DNA of 61,710 bases from assembly GCA_018065415.1 (NCBI GenBank), contig JAGHTI010000013.1, forward strand, positions 1 through 61,710, given 5' to 3'. The notes under the pieces were generated by a model, which was given only the letters and a program-made list of their open reading frames with translations, was not told the origin of the DNA and searched no databases. The DNA comes from Candidatus Equicola stercoris. Lineage in GTDB: Bacteria; Bacteroidota; Bacteroidia; Bacteroidales; Bacteroidaceae. The position numbers were made by a program, and so were the translations under genes. Below, piece by piece: positions 7,519 to 19,417 of the stretch. The number at the start of each line of letters is the position of its first letter. The stretch's first letter is position 1.

Positions 7519-9477
7519 TTATTTCTTTGTAATAGTAGCATAAATCTTGTTTGTCGTCGTGCGTGATGCATGAAGAACGATTTCGTAAGTACCTGCCTCT
7601 GTTATGTTCAGATTGCTTCCATTGAGAGAAAGGTCATCTGCACTTCCACCGAGGTTGATATCCCAAGAACCGTTTGTAGTGAACTTGAACTCACCTACAT
7701 TCAATGCAGTTGTTATAGACCAGACATCGTTTTTCTTGTCATAATCCATTACAACATACTTTGATGCATCCCATTCAGCAGGCGTAGCAGGTCCAACGAG
7801 ACCGAATGTAACAGGCACTGCAGTGAGAGCAGCATTAGGCACGTCAGCAGTGATGAAGTAATATCCTGGATTGCTCTGGTTGATGTTCGTTCCTTCACCT
7901 GCACCAAGTCCGTCGCTGTAAGTAGTGAAATGAGTGTAGTTATACTCTGCACCCCATTCGCGAACCTGAGTAAACTTGAAGTCTCCGTCCATATAACCGA
8001 ATCCGTTATATACACCGTCAAAGCCCGGTGACCAGAGAGCAGGAGCCGTTGCTGGAGACCATCCCTGAGGATTACCCGGCATGTAGATATACTCTACGAA
8101 CTGCATGAGTTTGACAACGCCGAAACCATCAGCATTAGGAGTGAAGACGATTGTGTATTCGCCAGCCTTATCCAATGTGAGGTTTGCACCATTCTTTGAT
8201 GTCAAAGCCGAAGGATCGTCGCCACCCCATGAGAGTGCCCAGTCATGGTTAGCACGAATCTTGAATTCACCGGCATCAAGTTCTGCCTTACCCATCCAAG
8301 CTTTTGCAGTGTTGTCCCAAGTAAGGTCAACGTCAGTATCCCAGCTACCCTTCACGGTACCGATGAGAGAAACGGCTGTTATGTGAGTGCCGAGAGAATA
8401 AGTATTTGTGTTCTTATCTACGATAATCTCATACATGCCCTCTTCAACACCAGCAGGGAGAGAGATATTGCCACCGCCAAGTGCAATCTGATAGTCGGCA
8501 GCACCAGCACCATACTGAGGAGCATCCCAGTTGTTCTCCGTAGGGAACTTGAAACCACTGTTATTGATGTAGTAGAAACCAGAATAAACACCTGCAGACT
8601 GCTTTGCCAGTTGAGAGAATGTCCAACCATTACCATCACCGGCAAACCAAAGAAGGTCAACGCAAGGAGTTACGGAATAAGTCCAGTTGATGCGGTCAAC
8701 AGTAAACTTATAAGAACCAGCCTCTTCTACCTGCATAGCACCAGCATTGATAGCGAAATAACCGAAGTTATCCGTACAGCCATCAGACTTACTGTTACCC
8801 ATTACATGATCCCAGTCGCTTGCCATAACGGCACTCTTCGGAGCAAACTTGAAGTATTCAGCGTTAGGAACTTCAAGGATGATGGAATAAGTCCCATCAC
8901 CATTATCTTCGAGTTTTTGTTGGTTGTTAGGGCTAAGATCCCATCCGTTGTAACCTCCAACATAGTAGAACTCTGTTTCCTGAGCCTCAGCAGGCAGAGC
9001 CTTCGGAGTATATTTAACAGTGAGTTCATTGGATTCCATCTCTGCAATGAGAGCAGTACCACCCGTCAGCACATCGCCTAAGACCTTTATCTTCAACTCT
9101 TTCATGTTGTCTGACATGCTGTGATAAGCATCACGTACAGCAGTGTTGAGGTCTTCCTTAGTCACGATGAGAGTATTGTCAAGAGTCTCAAAAGGAATGT
9201 TTGTCTCTGTTTCCTCTACATTGATAACGACATTTGTAAACTTTATGGTAGCACCTTCCGGAACATCAGCAGCAACAAATTCAATGAAATCAAACTTGTC
9301 GGAAGCCGTTGCATAGTTTATCTCTGACTGTAGAGCCTTAACGACTCCTGCGACCTTATTTATTGGGTCTCCCTGAGCATTGCTCTGAGGATTTGCCCAA
9401 TCCTTAAAGTCCTCTGTACATGCTGAAAAAGCAATCATTGCTATCAGCATCAAAGTCAAATTAAATATCTTTTTCAT
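7519..9477 (-). CDS. susF: SusF/SusE-like starch-binding outer membrane lipoprotein
   Basis: Lipobox FSAC, DFKDWANPQSN, repeated CBM-like units (GEFKIRANHDWALSWGG, GEFKFTTNGSWDINLGG); downstream of susE. Confidence 0.8.
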   Translation of the reverse strand: MKKIFNLTLMLIAMIAFSACTEDFKDWANPQSNAQGDPINKVAGVVKALQSEINYATASDKFDFIEFVAADVPEGATIKFTNVVINVEETETNIPFETLDNTLIVTKEDLNTAVRDAYHSMSDNMKELKIKVLGDVLTGGTALIAEMESNELTVKYTPKALPAEAQETEFYYVGGYNGWDLSPNNQQKLEDNGDGTYSIILEVPNAEYFKFAPKSAVMASDWDHVMGNSKSDGCTDNFGYFAINAGAMQVEEAGSYKFTVDRINWTYSVTPCVDLLWFAGDGNGWTFSQLAKQSAGVYSGFYYINNSGFKFPTENNWDAPQYGAGAADYQIALGGGNISLPAGVEEGMYEIIVDKNTNTYSLGTHITAVSLIGTVKGSWDTDVDLTWDNTAKAWMGKAELDAGEFKIRANHDWALSWGGDDPSALTSKNGANLTLDKAGEYTIVFTPNADGFGVVKLMQFVEYIYMPGNPQGWSPATAPALWSPGFDGVYNGFGYMDGDFKFTQVREWGAEYNYTHFTTYSDGLGAGEGTNINQSNPGYYFITADVPNAALTAVPVTFGLVGPATPAEWDASKYVVMDYDKKNDVWSITTALNVGEFKFTTNGSWDINLGGSADDLSLNGSNLNITEAGTYEIVLHASRTTTNKIYATITKK

Positions 9478-9505
9478 AATTTTTAATCTTTATGTGCATT
9501 AGACA

Positions 9506-10684
9506 TTATTCGCACTTACCAGTATTAGTAGTAAAGTTCAGATATACCTTCTTACCCGGGTCGCCAGGGATTGAGTATTCCGGTCCTTTATCTTTCTCCC
9601 AGTTGTCTGCGATATTCTCATTACGGTAGTAGATAGTTGCACCGTCCTTCAGAGTAAGTTCTGTTCTCCACCAGTCGATGCCCTGCAGTTGAAGTGCTAT
9701 ACGTACTTCGCCACTTGCAGTAAGAGCAGGAGAAACGAAGAATCCATTTTCATCTGCCGGAACTTCGAACTTCCAGTCAGGGCTGTAATCCCAAGTACCT
9801 CCATTTGCATTACCAAAGATATAGACGTTAGGTTCCTGCATAAAGAATTTATACACAACTTCACCCTTATCTATCTCTGTTCTTACAAAGATTGTGTACC
9901 AGCCACCGTTTGCAATCTTGAAGTTGCAGTTGCTGTCGTCACCAGCAGGACCGACCCCGGCATTAGCGAGGTCATTGATTTCGTTAACTTGGTTGAAACC
10001 TTTCTCTTTACCACCCCACTTGCTTTCTGGATTGATCTTGAATTCGCCACCAGCAGGAATATATACCATAGTGTAGAAGAAACCAGGCTTGTCGTAAACA
10101 GGGTTGAATTTAACCCAAACACTCCAATCACCACCACCAGCAGGGAAGCTACCAGTCATGAACATAGTCTCAGGAACCTCAGCATTTGCATCTGGAATGT
10201 AAGCCAATACATTAGGAAGTTTCACCGAATTAGACTCAGCATGACCGTAACTCTCATTAGTAGCATTGATATTAGCCAACAGTCTCACAAACACCGGAAT
10301 AGGTGCAGAGAAGTCAGGTTCCTCACCAGAAAGAGTGAGGATAGCGTTGTTGAACTCCTTAGCAGCAATAGCAATCTTTGTCGTAGTGTAAGTAGTAGGC
10401 AAGTCCGTCCACACAACCTCGTCAAGACTAATCTCCACAGCATAGGTAGTAGAATAAGGCACACCACCATAGTTAGGTTGCGAAGTAGATAGATTAACAT
10501 ACGTTGAGTTCTTCAAGTCGATAACATTGTTTTCAGCATATTCCGGAACATTCAGAACGAACGTTCCATCCCCCTGATCAAGAGTAGGGTTGCTGTCGTT
10601 ATCGTCAGAACAAGCAGTCAGACAGAGTACTCCGAAAAGTCCAATAAGTCCGATATTTAATAACTTTTTCATATTCTTCATCAT
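9506..10684 (-). CDS. susE: SusE-like starch-binding lipoprotein
   Basis: Lipobox LTAC, DNDSNPTL, SQPNYG, DWWRTE; between susD and susF. Start may be 10672. Confidence 0.8.
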   Translation of the reverse strand: MMKNMKKLLNIGLIGLFGVLCLTACSDDNDSNPTLDQGDGTFVLNVPEYAENNVIDLKNSTYVNLSTSQPNYGGVPYSTTYAVEISLDEVVWTDLPTTYTTTKIAIAAKEFNNAILTLSGEEPDFSAPIPVFVRLLANINATNESYGHAESNSVKLPNVLAYIPDANAEVPETMFMTGSFPAGGGDWSVWVKFNPVYDKPGFFYTMVYIPAGGEFKINPESKWGGKEKGFNQVNEINDLANAGVGPAGDDSNCNFKIANGGWYTIFVRTEIDKGEVVYKFFMQEPNVYIFGNANGGTWDYSPDWKFEVPADENGFFVSPALTASGEVRIALQLQGIDWWRTELTLKDGATIYYRNENIADNWEKDKGPEYSIPGDPGKKVYLNFTTNTGKCE

Positions 10685-10691
10685 TTAAGAA

Positions 10692-12335
10692 TTAATAACC
10701 AGGGTTCTGTTGTATGTTAGGGTTATTTGTCAACTCAGCAGAAGGTATTCCGAATATGTTGCGAGTAGCAGCAAACTGGTTACCATTAGGAGTGTTACCC
10801 ATCCATTCCCACTTATAGTTGTTCTGACCACCGTAGCAACCAAAACGAACAAGATCCATACGACGACGACCTTCGAACCAGAATTCTTTAGCCCATTCGT
10901 TGCGTATATCGTCAAGAGTGTAAGATGTCTGCTGAGAAGCATTTGCACGTGCGCGCAAAGCATTTATCTTATTTGCAGCATCTTCATTGATACCATTGAG
11001 TCTTGTAGAAGCCTCTGCATAGTTCAGGTATGCCTCAGCTACACGGAGATAAGGCCAATTAGTATCAACATATCCATTCTGAGTTGTAGTTGGTCCACCA
11101 TCAGAACGTACATTGCGGAATTTCACACAGCAATATCCCTGACTCTGTTCACCTTGTGTAGTGATGTAACGCTTATAAGCCACTTCCATATTATCATCAC
11201 CCTTGTCGGTAAGATTCAACATCAAAGCCCTATCATCTTTAGCCAAATTCACAGCCTGTGAAACTGTTTCCAGTTCAGGTTCCGCACCAGTCAAAGCACC
11301 GAAGAAGATGTCAGCCAACTTGCCACGGACAGTTGCACACTTGCCCCAGTTGTCGTCTGTACCAGAAGGTACTTTGTGGCTCATACCAGGACTATAGCAA
11401 CTCAATATCAAAGCCGACATACCTCCGTAGCTCTGAGTACGTTCACCATTCTGCAGCAGAGGGAAGAGGTCTTCATACTTTGCATCAGTCTTATCATTGT
11501 CTGCAAGGAACAGCATCTGATAAGGTGAATATACTTCGCCAGTTTTAGGATTTATCGCACCTGTAGTATTCAAATGATAGTAACCGCTATTTATTACCTT
11601 GTCAGCATACATCATACAGTCATCCCATCTTGGAGTTCCTGTATAGACTTCTGCATTAAGATAAAGACGTGACAGCATCAGATATGCAGCAGCTTTGTCA
11701 ACACGTCCGAATGTGTTTGTTCCCTCAGGTTTGAGGTCAGCGTCGATTTCCTTGAGTTCTTTTTCAATGAAATCAAACAATTCTGTGCGTGATTTATACT
11801 GTGCTGTCTCACCCATCTTGAACTCTTCAGCGAAAGGACCACCACCGAAAAGGTCGAGGATTGAATAGTAGTTCATCGCACGTACGAAACGAACCTCTGC
11901 ACGACGAGCCTTTGTTTCCTCCGTACCATCATCCTGTATATTGTCAAGATAGAGGTTACATAGTGTGATATCGAAATAAGCCCTGTAGAAGAATCCCTGT
12001 GATACGGCATTGTCTGCACTGTATGTATTCTGTACGAGGTCTTCATAACCGGCATCATTCTTATACCAATACCAGTGAGCTTCATCAGAAGTGAGTTCGT
12101 TGAGGTTCCATACCATACGAACGTATTGAGAACGTCCTTCGTCCATATTGATAAGGTCGCCACTGCCAGTAGGACCTTCCTGCCCTGTAAGAACGAAAGT
12201 TGCATACACCTTATTAAATAAGGCGTCAGCATCAAGTTCTGTTGTCTGCTGAGGGTTAATATTCTCCACGTCACCAATACAAGAACTGAGAGTAAACAAC
12301 CCTAAAGCAAGAACTAAATTAAATATCTTTTTCAT
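10692..12335 (-). CDS. susD: SusD/RagB nutrient-binding lipoprotein
   Basis: Lipobox LSSC, AEVRFVRA, LRVAEAYLNYAEA, EFWFEGRRRMDLVRFG, QNPGY end. Confidence 0.95.
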   Translation of the reverse strand: MKKIFNLVLALGLFTLSSCIGDVENINPQQTTELDADALFNKVYATFVLTGQEGPTGSGDLINMDEGRSQYVRMVWNLNELTSDEAHWYWYKNDAGYEDLVQNTYSADNAVSQGFFYRAYFDITLCNLYLDNIQDDGTEETKARRAEVRFVRAMNYYSILDLFGGGPFAEEFKMGETAQYKSRTELFDFIEKELKEIDADLKPEGTNTFGRVDKAAAYLMLSRLYLNAEVYTGTPRWDDCMMYADKVINSGYYHLNTTGAINPKTGEVYSPYQMLFLADNDKTDAKYEDLFPLLQNGERTQSYGGMSALILSCYSPGMSHKVPSGTDDNWGKCATVRGKLADIFFGALTGAEPELETVSQAVNLAKDDRALMLNLTDKGDDNMEVAYKRYITTQGEQSQGYCCVKFRNVRSDGGPTTTQNGYVDTNWPYLRVAEAYLNYAEASTRLNGINEDAANKINALRARANASQQTSYTLDDIRNEWAKEFWFEGRRRMDLVRFGCYGGQNNYKWEWMGNTPNGNQFAATRNIFGIPSAELTNNPNIQQNPGY

Positions 12336-12352
12336 ATTATTATCCTCCAAAA

Positions 12353-15300
12353 TTAGAAGTTAAGACTAAGACCGAAGATACCAACGAATGGACGTGGATA
12401 AATGTTACCGTCATAACCGCCTGATACTTCAGGGTCTATACCATCGTACTTAGTGATAGTGAATACGTTCTGTACAGTAGCATATACACGACCACTGATA
12501 GGTGCACCAAAGAGTTTTGCGAATGAATATCCCAAAGTGATGTGATCCATCTTCAGGAATGAAGCATTCTGAATAAAGTAATCGCTGAGAACATCGCTTG
12601 CTCCCTGAGCCTGCCAGTTCTTTGCCACACAATTGTTGAGAAGGTTGTGATATGCACTTCCTGAATAGAAGTTTGCACTACTCATACTTGAGTTACCTGC
12701 TTCAACTGCATTGTAAGCATAATTGTTCAAAGAGGCACGCATTGCAAAACTGAAATCCCAGTTTTTGAAGATGAGTTTTGAAGTGAGGCCCATAGTTACG
12801 TCTGGGTCAGCCTTCTTGTAGTAATAGCGGTCGTTGTCGTTGATGACACCGTCTGCATTACGGTCAACATACAATCCCTGAATAGGAAGGCCATTCTCAT
12901 CATAAACCTGCTGATATACGTAGTATGCAGAAGTTGCATTGCCTACATGGTAAGCCTTGATACCGTCTGTTGAAGAGTCGCCTACAGGAACACCTCCGTA
13001 CCATACACGGTAGTTAGGGTCGTCGCTGAGAGCGAGTTTGTCAATTTCGTTCTTGTTCCATGCTACGTTGTAGCCAAGTGTCCATGTCCAATCGTTAGAC
13101 TGGATAACACGATAGTTGAAGTTTGCTTCAACACCGACATTGTGCAACTCACCGATATTCATGTTAACCATGTTCTGTGGATTAGACAGTACAGGAACGG
13201 TAATGTTGTTGATGAGGTCTGTTGTCTTACGATAGTAGAAATCGAGGTTTGTAGTGAAACGGTTGTTGTCAAGACCGAAGTCGATACCAGCATTCCATGT
13301 CGTTGTCTTCTCCCAAGTAAGGTCAGAGTTGTAAGCATCCATGCGATATGTTGTACCGTCACCTAAGATAGGATAGAAAGCATGTGACTTTGTAGGTGTA
13401 TATGCTGGAATCCAGATATAATCACCAATACCGTCCTGCTGACCAGTCTTACCCCAACCGAGACGAAGTTTAAGGTCGGATACTTTCGTGTTCTTCAAGA
13501 AATTCTCGTTATTGATTCTCCATGCCAATGCAAGAGAAGGGAATATACCTGCACGGTTACCTTTTGCAAAACGAGAAGAAATATCGTCACGAAGAGTAAA
13601 TGTCAGATAGTATTTCTCTGCATAGTTGTAGTTGATACGACCGAACCAGCTCTCGAGCTTGTTTTCTGTCTTGTATTTTGTTACAGTAGTTGGATCTGGA
13701 GCATTGTACTCTTCTCCATCGAAATATGTATCAGTGATAGGATCATGGATTGGATAGTATCCACAATAGAACCAGTCTGTCTCCTTATGGTTGAGTTGGT
13801 ACTCATGACCAGCCATCACATCAAGATGATGAACGTCTGCCAAGTCTTTGATATACTGTGCATACAGTGACAGAGAGAGGTTGCGAGTCTGCATGTCATT
13901 CCAACCGTCATTGCCATAGTAATAATTGTTCTTGTTATTCATAGCGAATCTGTCGTGTGTCTTGTTTGACTTACCGCCAGAGAAGTCCATACCACCATTT
14001 ACGTGTATGTGCAGGTCTTCAAATCCATGAATCTTGTAATCTGCTTCCAGATTACCGATGAAGGTGTTTGACTTACCCTTGTTGCTATACATGTTAAGTG
14101 CAGAAACAGGGTTGATAGGAGCCAATGTGTTAGGTCCGTACACCCATTCTGGATTTTCATCGTGTGTAGCACCAGAAGTATATTGATAATAACCTCCGAA
14201 ATATCTGTTATACATATCAGCATCTTTTGTCACATTACCGTAAACAGGTTTTGTAGGGTCCATGCTGATAGCATTACCTATTACACAACCTTCATCTGCG
14301 TATGTAGTCTTTGCGTGCATGTACTTTGCATTCACGTTTACATTCAGATGTTCCTGGAGGAATGTTGGATTAAGGTTTACACTTGCTGTAAAACGCTGAT
14401 AGTTGGAAGTCTTCACGATACCATTCTGGTCCGTATAGCCGAGACTTACACGGTAAGGCCAGTTCTTGATACCCCCCCCGATAGAGATATTATGGTCAGT
14501 AGATACTGCTGTGCGGAAGATTTCATCCTGCCAGTCAGTATTGGCAAAAAGATGCTGTCCGTCTGCTGTCCAGTAACCGAGGTTTTTGTATTCCGAACTA
14601 TTGAGCCATGCATCTTCATCATACCCCTTGCTCTGCATGAATACACCCTTAACGTAATCTACGTACTGATCACCACTCATCACGTCAATAGTCTTTTTCT
14701 TTGCACTGATTGAGATGTTACCATTGTAAGAAATGCTTGGTTTCTGATTTGTACGGCCTTTTTTCGTTGTAATGATGATGACACCATTTGATGCACGAGA
14801 ACCGTAGATGGCAGTTGCTGAAGCATCCTTCAATACAGTAAAGCTCTCAATGTCGGCTGGGTTAACCATTGACATTGGATTGCTCAAACCTTCAACGCCA
14901 TAGTTGTCCATTGCCAGTCCGTCAATGACGATAAGTGGGTCGTTACTTGCATTGAGTGAAGAACCACCACGGATACGGATTGTTGCACCGGCACCTGGTT
15001 TACCACCATCACCAACAACGTTCACACCTGCTACTCTACCCTGAAGGGCATCCTGCATACTCGTTACCAAACCTTTGTTCATGTCATCAGGTTTGATAGC
15101 AGTTACAGAACCTGTCAGGTCACTCTTCTTTACAGAACCATAACCAATGACTACGGCTTCATTGAGAAGATGTGAATCGTCAATCATAGTAACGTTTACG
15201 GAAGCATTGGCTGCCACCTCAACGGTCTTATAACCGACATAAGAGATTTGCAGAGTAGAACCTGACTGTGCTTTGATTTTAAAGTCACCGTAGACGTCAG

Positions 15301-15466
15301 TCACTGTACCAGTGTCGCCAACACGTACGGTTGCACCGATGACAGGTTCTCCATTGCTGTCTTTAACGTGACCACGAACATCAATGTTCTGAGCCATTAC
15401 GTTAACAGACATGAAGATTCCTAACAACATTGTCATCAGAAATCTCAAATTGAATCTTTCTTTCAT
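12353..15466 (-). CDS. susC: SusC/RagA TonB-dependent transporter
   Basis: VVIGYGSVKKSDLTGSV, IRIRGGSSLNASNDPLIVIDG, LKDASATAIYGSRASNGVIIITTK. Confidence 0.97.
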   Translation of the reverse strand: MKERFNLRFLMTMLLGIFMSVNVMAQNIDVRGHVKDSNGEPVIGATVRVGDTGTVTDVYGDFKIKAQSGSTLQISYVGYKTVEVAANASVNVTMIDDSHLLNEAVVIGYGSVKKSDLTGSVTAIKPDDMNKGLVTSMQDALQGRVAGVNVVGDGGKPGAGATIRIRGGSSLNASNDPLIVIDGLAMDNYGVEGLSNPMSMVNPADIESFTVLKDASATAIYGSRASNGVIIITTKKGRTNQKPSISYNGNISISAKKKTIDVMSGDQYVDYVKGVFMQSKGYDEDAWLNSSEYKNLGYWTADGQHLFANTDWQDEIFRTAVSTDHNISIGGGIKNWPYRVSLGYTDQNGIVKTSNYQRFTASVNLNPTFLQEHLNVNVNAKYMHAKTTYADEGCVIGNAISMDPTKPVYGNVTKDADMYNRYFGGYYQYTSGATHDENPEWVYGPNTLAPINPVSALNMYSNKGKSNTFIGNLEADYKIHGFEDLHIHVNGGMDFSGGKSNKTHDRFAMNNKNNYYYGNDGWNDMQTRNLSLSLYAQYIKDLADVHHLDVMAGHEYQLNHKETDWFYCGYYPIHDPITDTYFDGEEYNAPDPTTVTKYKTENKLESWFGRINYNYAEKYYLTFTLRDDISSRFAKGNRAGIFPSLALAWRINNENFLKNTKVSDLKLRLGWGKTGQQDGIGDYIWIPAYTPTKSHAFYPILGDGTTYRMDAYNSDLTWEKTTTWNAGIDFGLDNNRFTTNLDFYYRKTTDLINNITVPVLSNPQNMVNMNIGELHNVGVEANFNYRVIQSNDWTWTLGYNVAWNKNEIDKLALSDDPNYRVWYGGVPVGDSSTDGIKAYHVGNATSAYYVYQQVYDENGLPIQGLYVDRNADGVINDNDRYYYKKADPDVTMGLTSKLIFKNWDFSFAMRASLNNYAYNAVEAGNSSMSSANFYSGSAYHNLLNNCVAKNWQAQGASDVLSDYFIQNASFLKMDHITLGYSFAKLFGAPISGRVYATVQNVFTITKYDGIDPEVSGGYDGNIYPRPFVGIFGLSLNF

Positions 15467-15511
15467 CTGTTTTTGTTTTTAAGGTTAAAAAATAGGTTAA
15501 TTGTAAAAAAA

Positions 15512-17812
<2,301 letters not shown>

Positions 17813-17858
17813 CTATTTTTTATTGTGTGCGAAAACACAATAGCATAATCAAGTGATT

Positions 17859-19217
17859 CTAGTCCTTTGTTTCCTTGATGAAAAATACAGAGACAGCACC
17901 TAATATCAGCAGAACACCGGCAATAGTCATCATCAGTCCCTGAGGTGCCAACTGTCCGACTGGTGTCAGAGCAACGAGCAACGGTCCTCCGCATACGGCT
18001 GCCACAATCTGCGGCACACATATTGTACCGTTGAAAAGACCGAGATAAGTACCGATATTACCACCTTTAAGTTCGTTGGTAAGCAATGTAAACGGAAGGG
18101 CAAGCATTGCCGCCCACGCACAGCCTATAAGCACGAAACTGATGAACAGCATATATCTGTCGGCAAAGCACTGAATAGACAGGAAGCCAATCGCACCTAT
18201 CACAAGGCTAACGATATACGCTGTCTTATAACTCTTGAAACGTGGTATTACGACTGCCCAGATGACACTGCCTACAGCCTGAACTGCAAACAGTATTCCT
18301 ACCCAGTCGCCTGCATCCTGATATTGTTTGGAGGCAACATCAAGGACCACTGCACCCGCCTTTGTAATCGTTGGTGTATCAAATGCAGATTGTGCTATTG
18401 TACCGTTGGTATAAGTCCACATAAACATAAAGGCAGCCCAACAGAAGAACTGTACCAATCCCACTGTCCAGAATGCCTTCGGAGCGGATATGAGCAATGC
18501 AAAAATACCTTTATCAGCATTAACTTTGTCAGCATTGTTATCGCCATCTGACGGATGGTATTTTTCATATTCTGCCGGTGGATATTCTTTTACTTTTACG
18601 GTGGTGTAGATGACACAGAGTATGAGTATCAGAGCTCCGATATAAAAACTATATATCACACTGTTCGGGATGACTCCCTCGGGGGCGACATTGCTGATTC
18701 CTATCATTGCAAAAAGGAAAGGAAAGAGATAGCCTGCCAGAGAGCCTGCATTACAAAGGAAACTCTGAATGGAATAAGCCAATCCTTTCTGTTTTTCATT
18801 GACCATATCACCAACCATCATTTTGAATGGTTGCATCGACACATTTATGCTGCAGTCAAGAAGCATAAGTGAGAACAATCCGAATATCATTGCCGTGGCT
18901 ACAGTCATACCAAAACTGCCGGCATTGGGAAGCAGACACATCACGGCAACAGCCACCAGAGCACCGATGAAAAGGTATGGTATTCTCCTACCCCAACGGC
19001 ACCATGTCCTGTCGCTGAGTCGCCCTATTATTGGCTGTACGATGATACCCATCAATGGTGGCAATATCCAGAAATAACTGAGGTTATGCGGATCGGCACC
19101 AAGTGTGGAGAATATCCTGCTGATGTTGGCACTCTGTAATGCGTATGCTATCTGAACTCCGAAAAATCCGAAACTGATGTTCCACAGTTGCCAGAAACTT
19201 TTATTTGGTATGGTCAT
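17859..19217 (-). CDS. MFS maltose/maltodextrin transporter (SLC45/MalT-like)
   Basis: LWNISFGFFGVQIAYALQ, SDRTWCRWGRRIPY, GTYLGLFN; lies inside the starch locus. Confidence 0.9.
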   Translation of the reverse strand: MTIPNKSFWQLWNISFGFFGVQIAYALQSANISRIFSTLGADPHNLSYFWILPPLMGIIVQPIIGRLSDRTWCRWGRRIPYLFIGALVAVAVMCLLPNAGSFGMTVATAMIFGLFSLMLLDCSINVSMQPFKMMVGDMVNEKQKGLAYSIQSFLCNAGSLAGYLFPFLFAMIGISNVAPEGVIPNSVIYSFYIGALILILCVIYTTVKVKEYPPAEYEKYHPSDGDNNADKVNADKGIFALLISAPKAFWTVGLVQFFCWAAFMFMWTYTNGTIAQSAFDTPTITKAGAVVLDVASKQYQDAGDWVGILFAVQAVGSVIWAVVIPRFKSYKTAYIVSLVIGAIGFLSIQCFADRYMLFISFVLIGCAWAAMLALPFTLLTNELKGGNIGTYLGLFNGTICVPQIVAAVCGGPLLVALTPVGQLAPQGLMMTIAGVLLILGAVSVFFIKETKD

Positions 19218-19224
19218 AGTAAAA

Positions 19225-19300
19225 AGTTTAAGAGGTTAAGAGGTTAAGAGGTTAAGAGGTTAAGAGGTTAGAGGTTCTGAAGTTCTGAGGTTCTGAGAGG
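19225..19300. repeat. 8-bp tandem arrays TAAGAGGT x5 and GARGTTCT x3
   Basis: Directly visible just upstream of the MFS start codon. Confidence 0.9.
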
Positions 19301-19417
19301 TTATCGTAGCGAAGCGTATCGTAACGCAGTGTATCGTAGAACTCTGTTCGTATCGTAGAACTCTGTTCGTATCGTAGAACTCTGTTCATATCGTAGCGAA
19401 GCGTATCGTTATCGTTA
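19301..19417. repeat. GTATCGTA/mini-hairpin micro-array A3
   Basis: GCGAAGC, ACGCAGT, GAACTCTGTTC x3 and GCGAAGC between RTATCGTA octamers; overlaps the malQ stop codon. Confidence 0.92.

Noticed and set aside
8245-10492. Long plus-strand ORFs of 278 and 267 aa
   Set aside because: Antisense shadows of susF and susE with no recognisable motifs.
19301-19417. CRISPR interpretation of the repeat-spacer micro-arrays
   Set aside because: Repeats of 8 bp and spacers of 7-11 bp are far too short, the spacers are palindromic and re-used, and there is no leader or cas gene.
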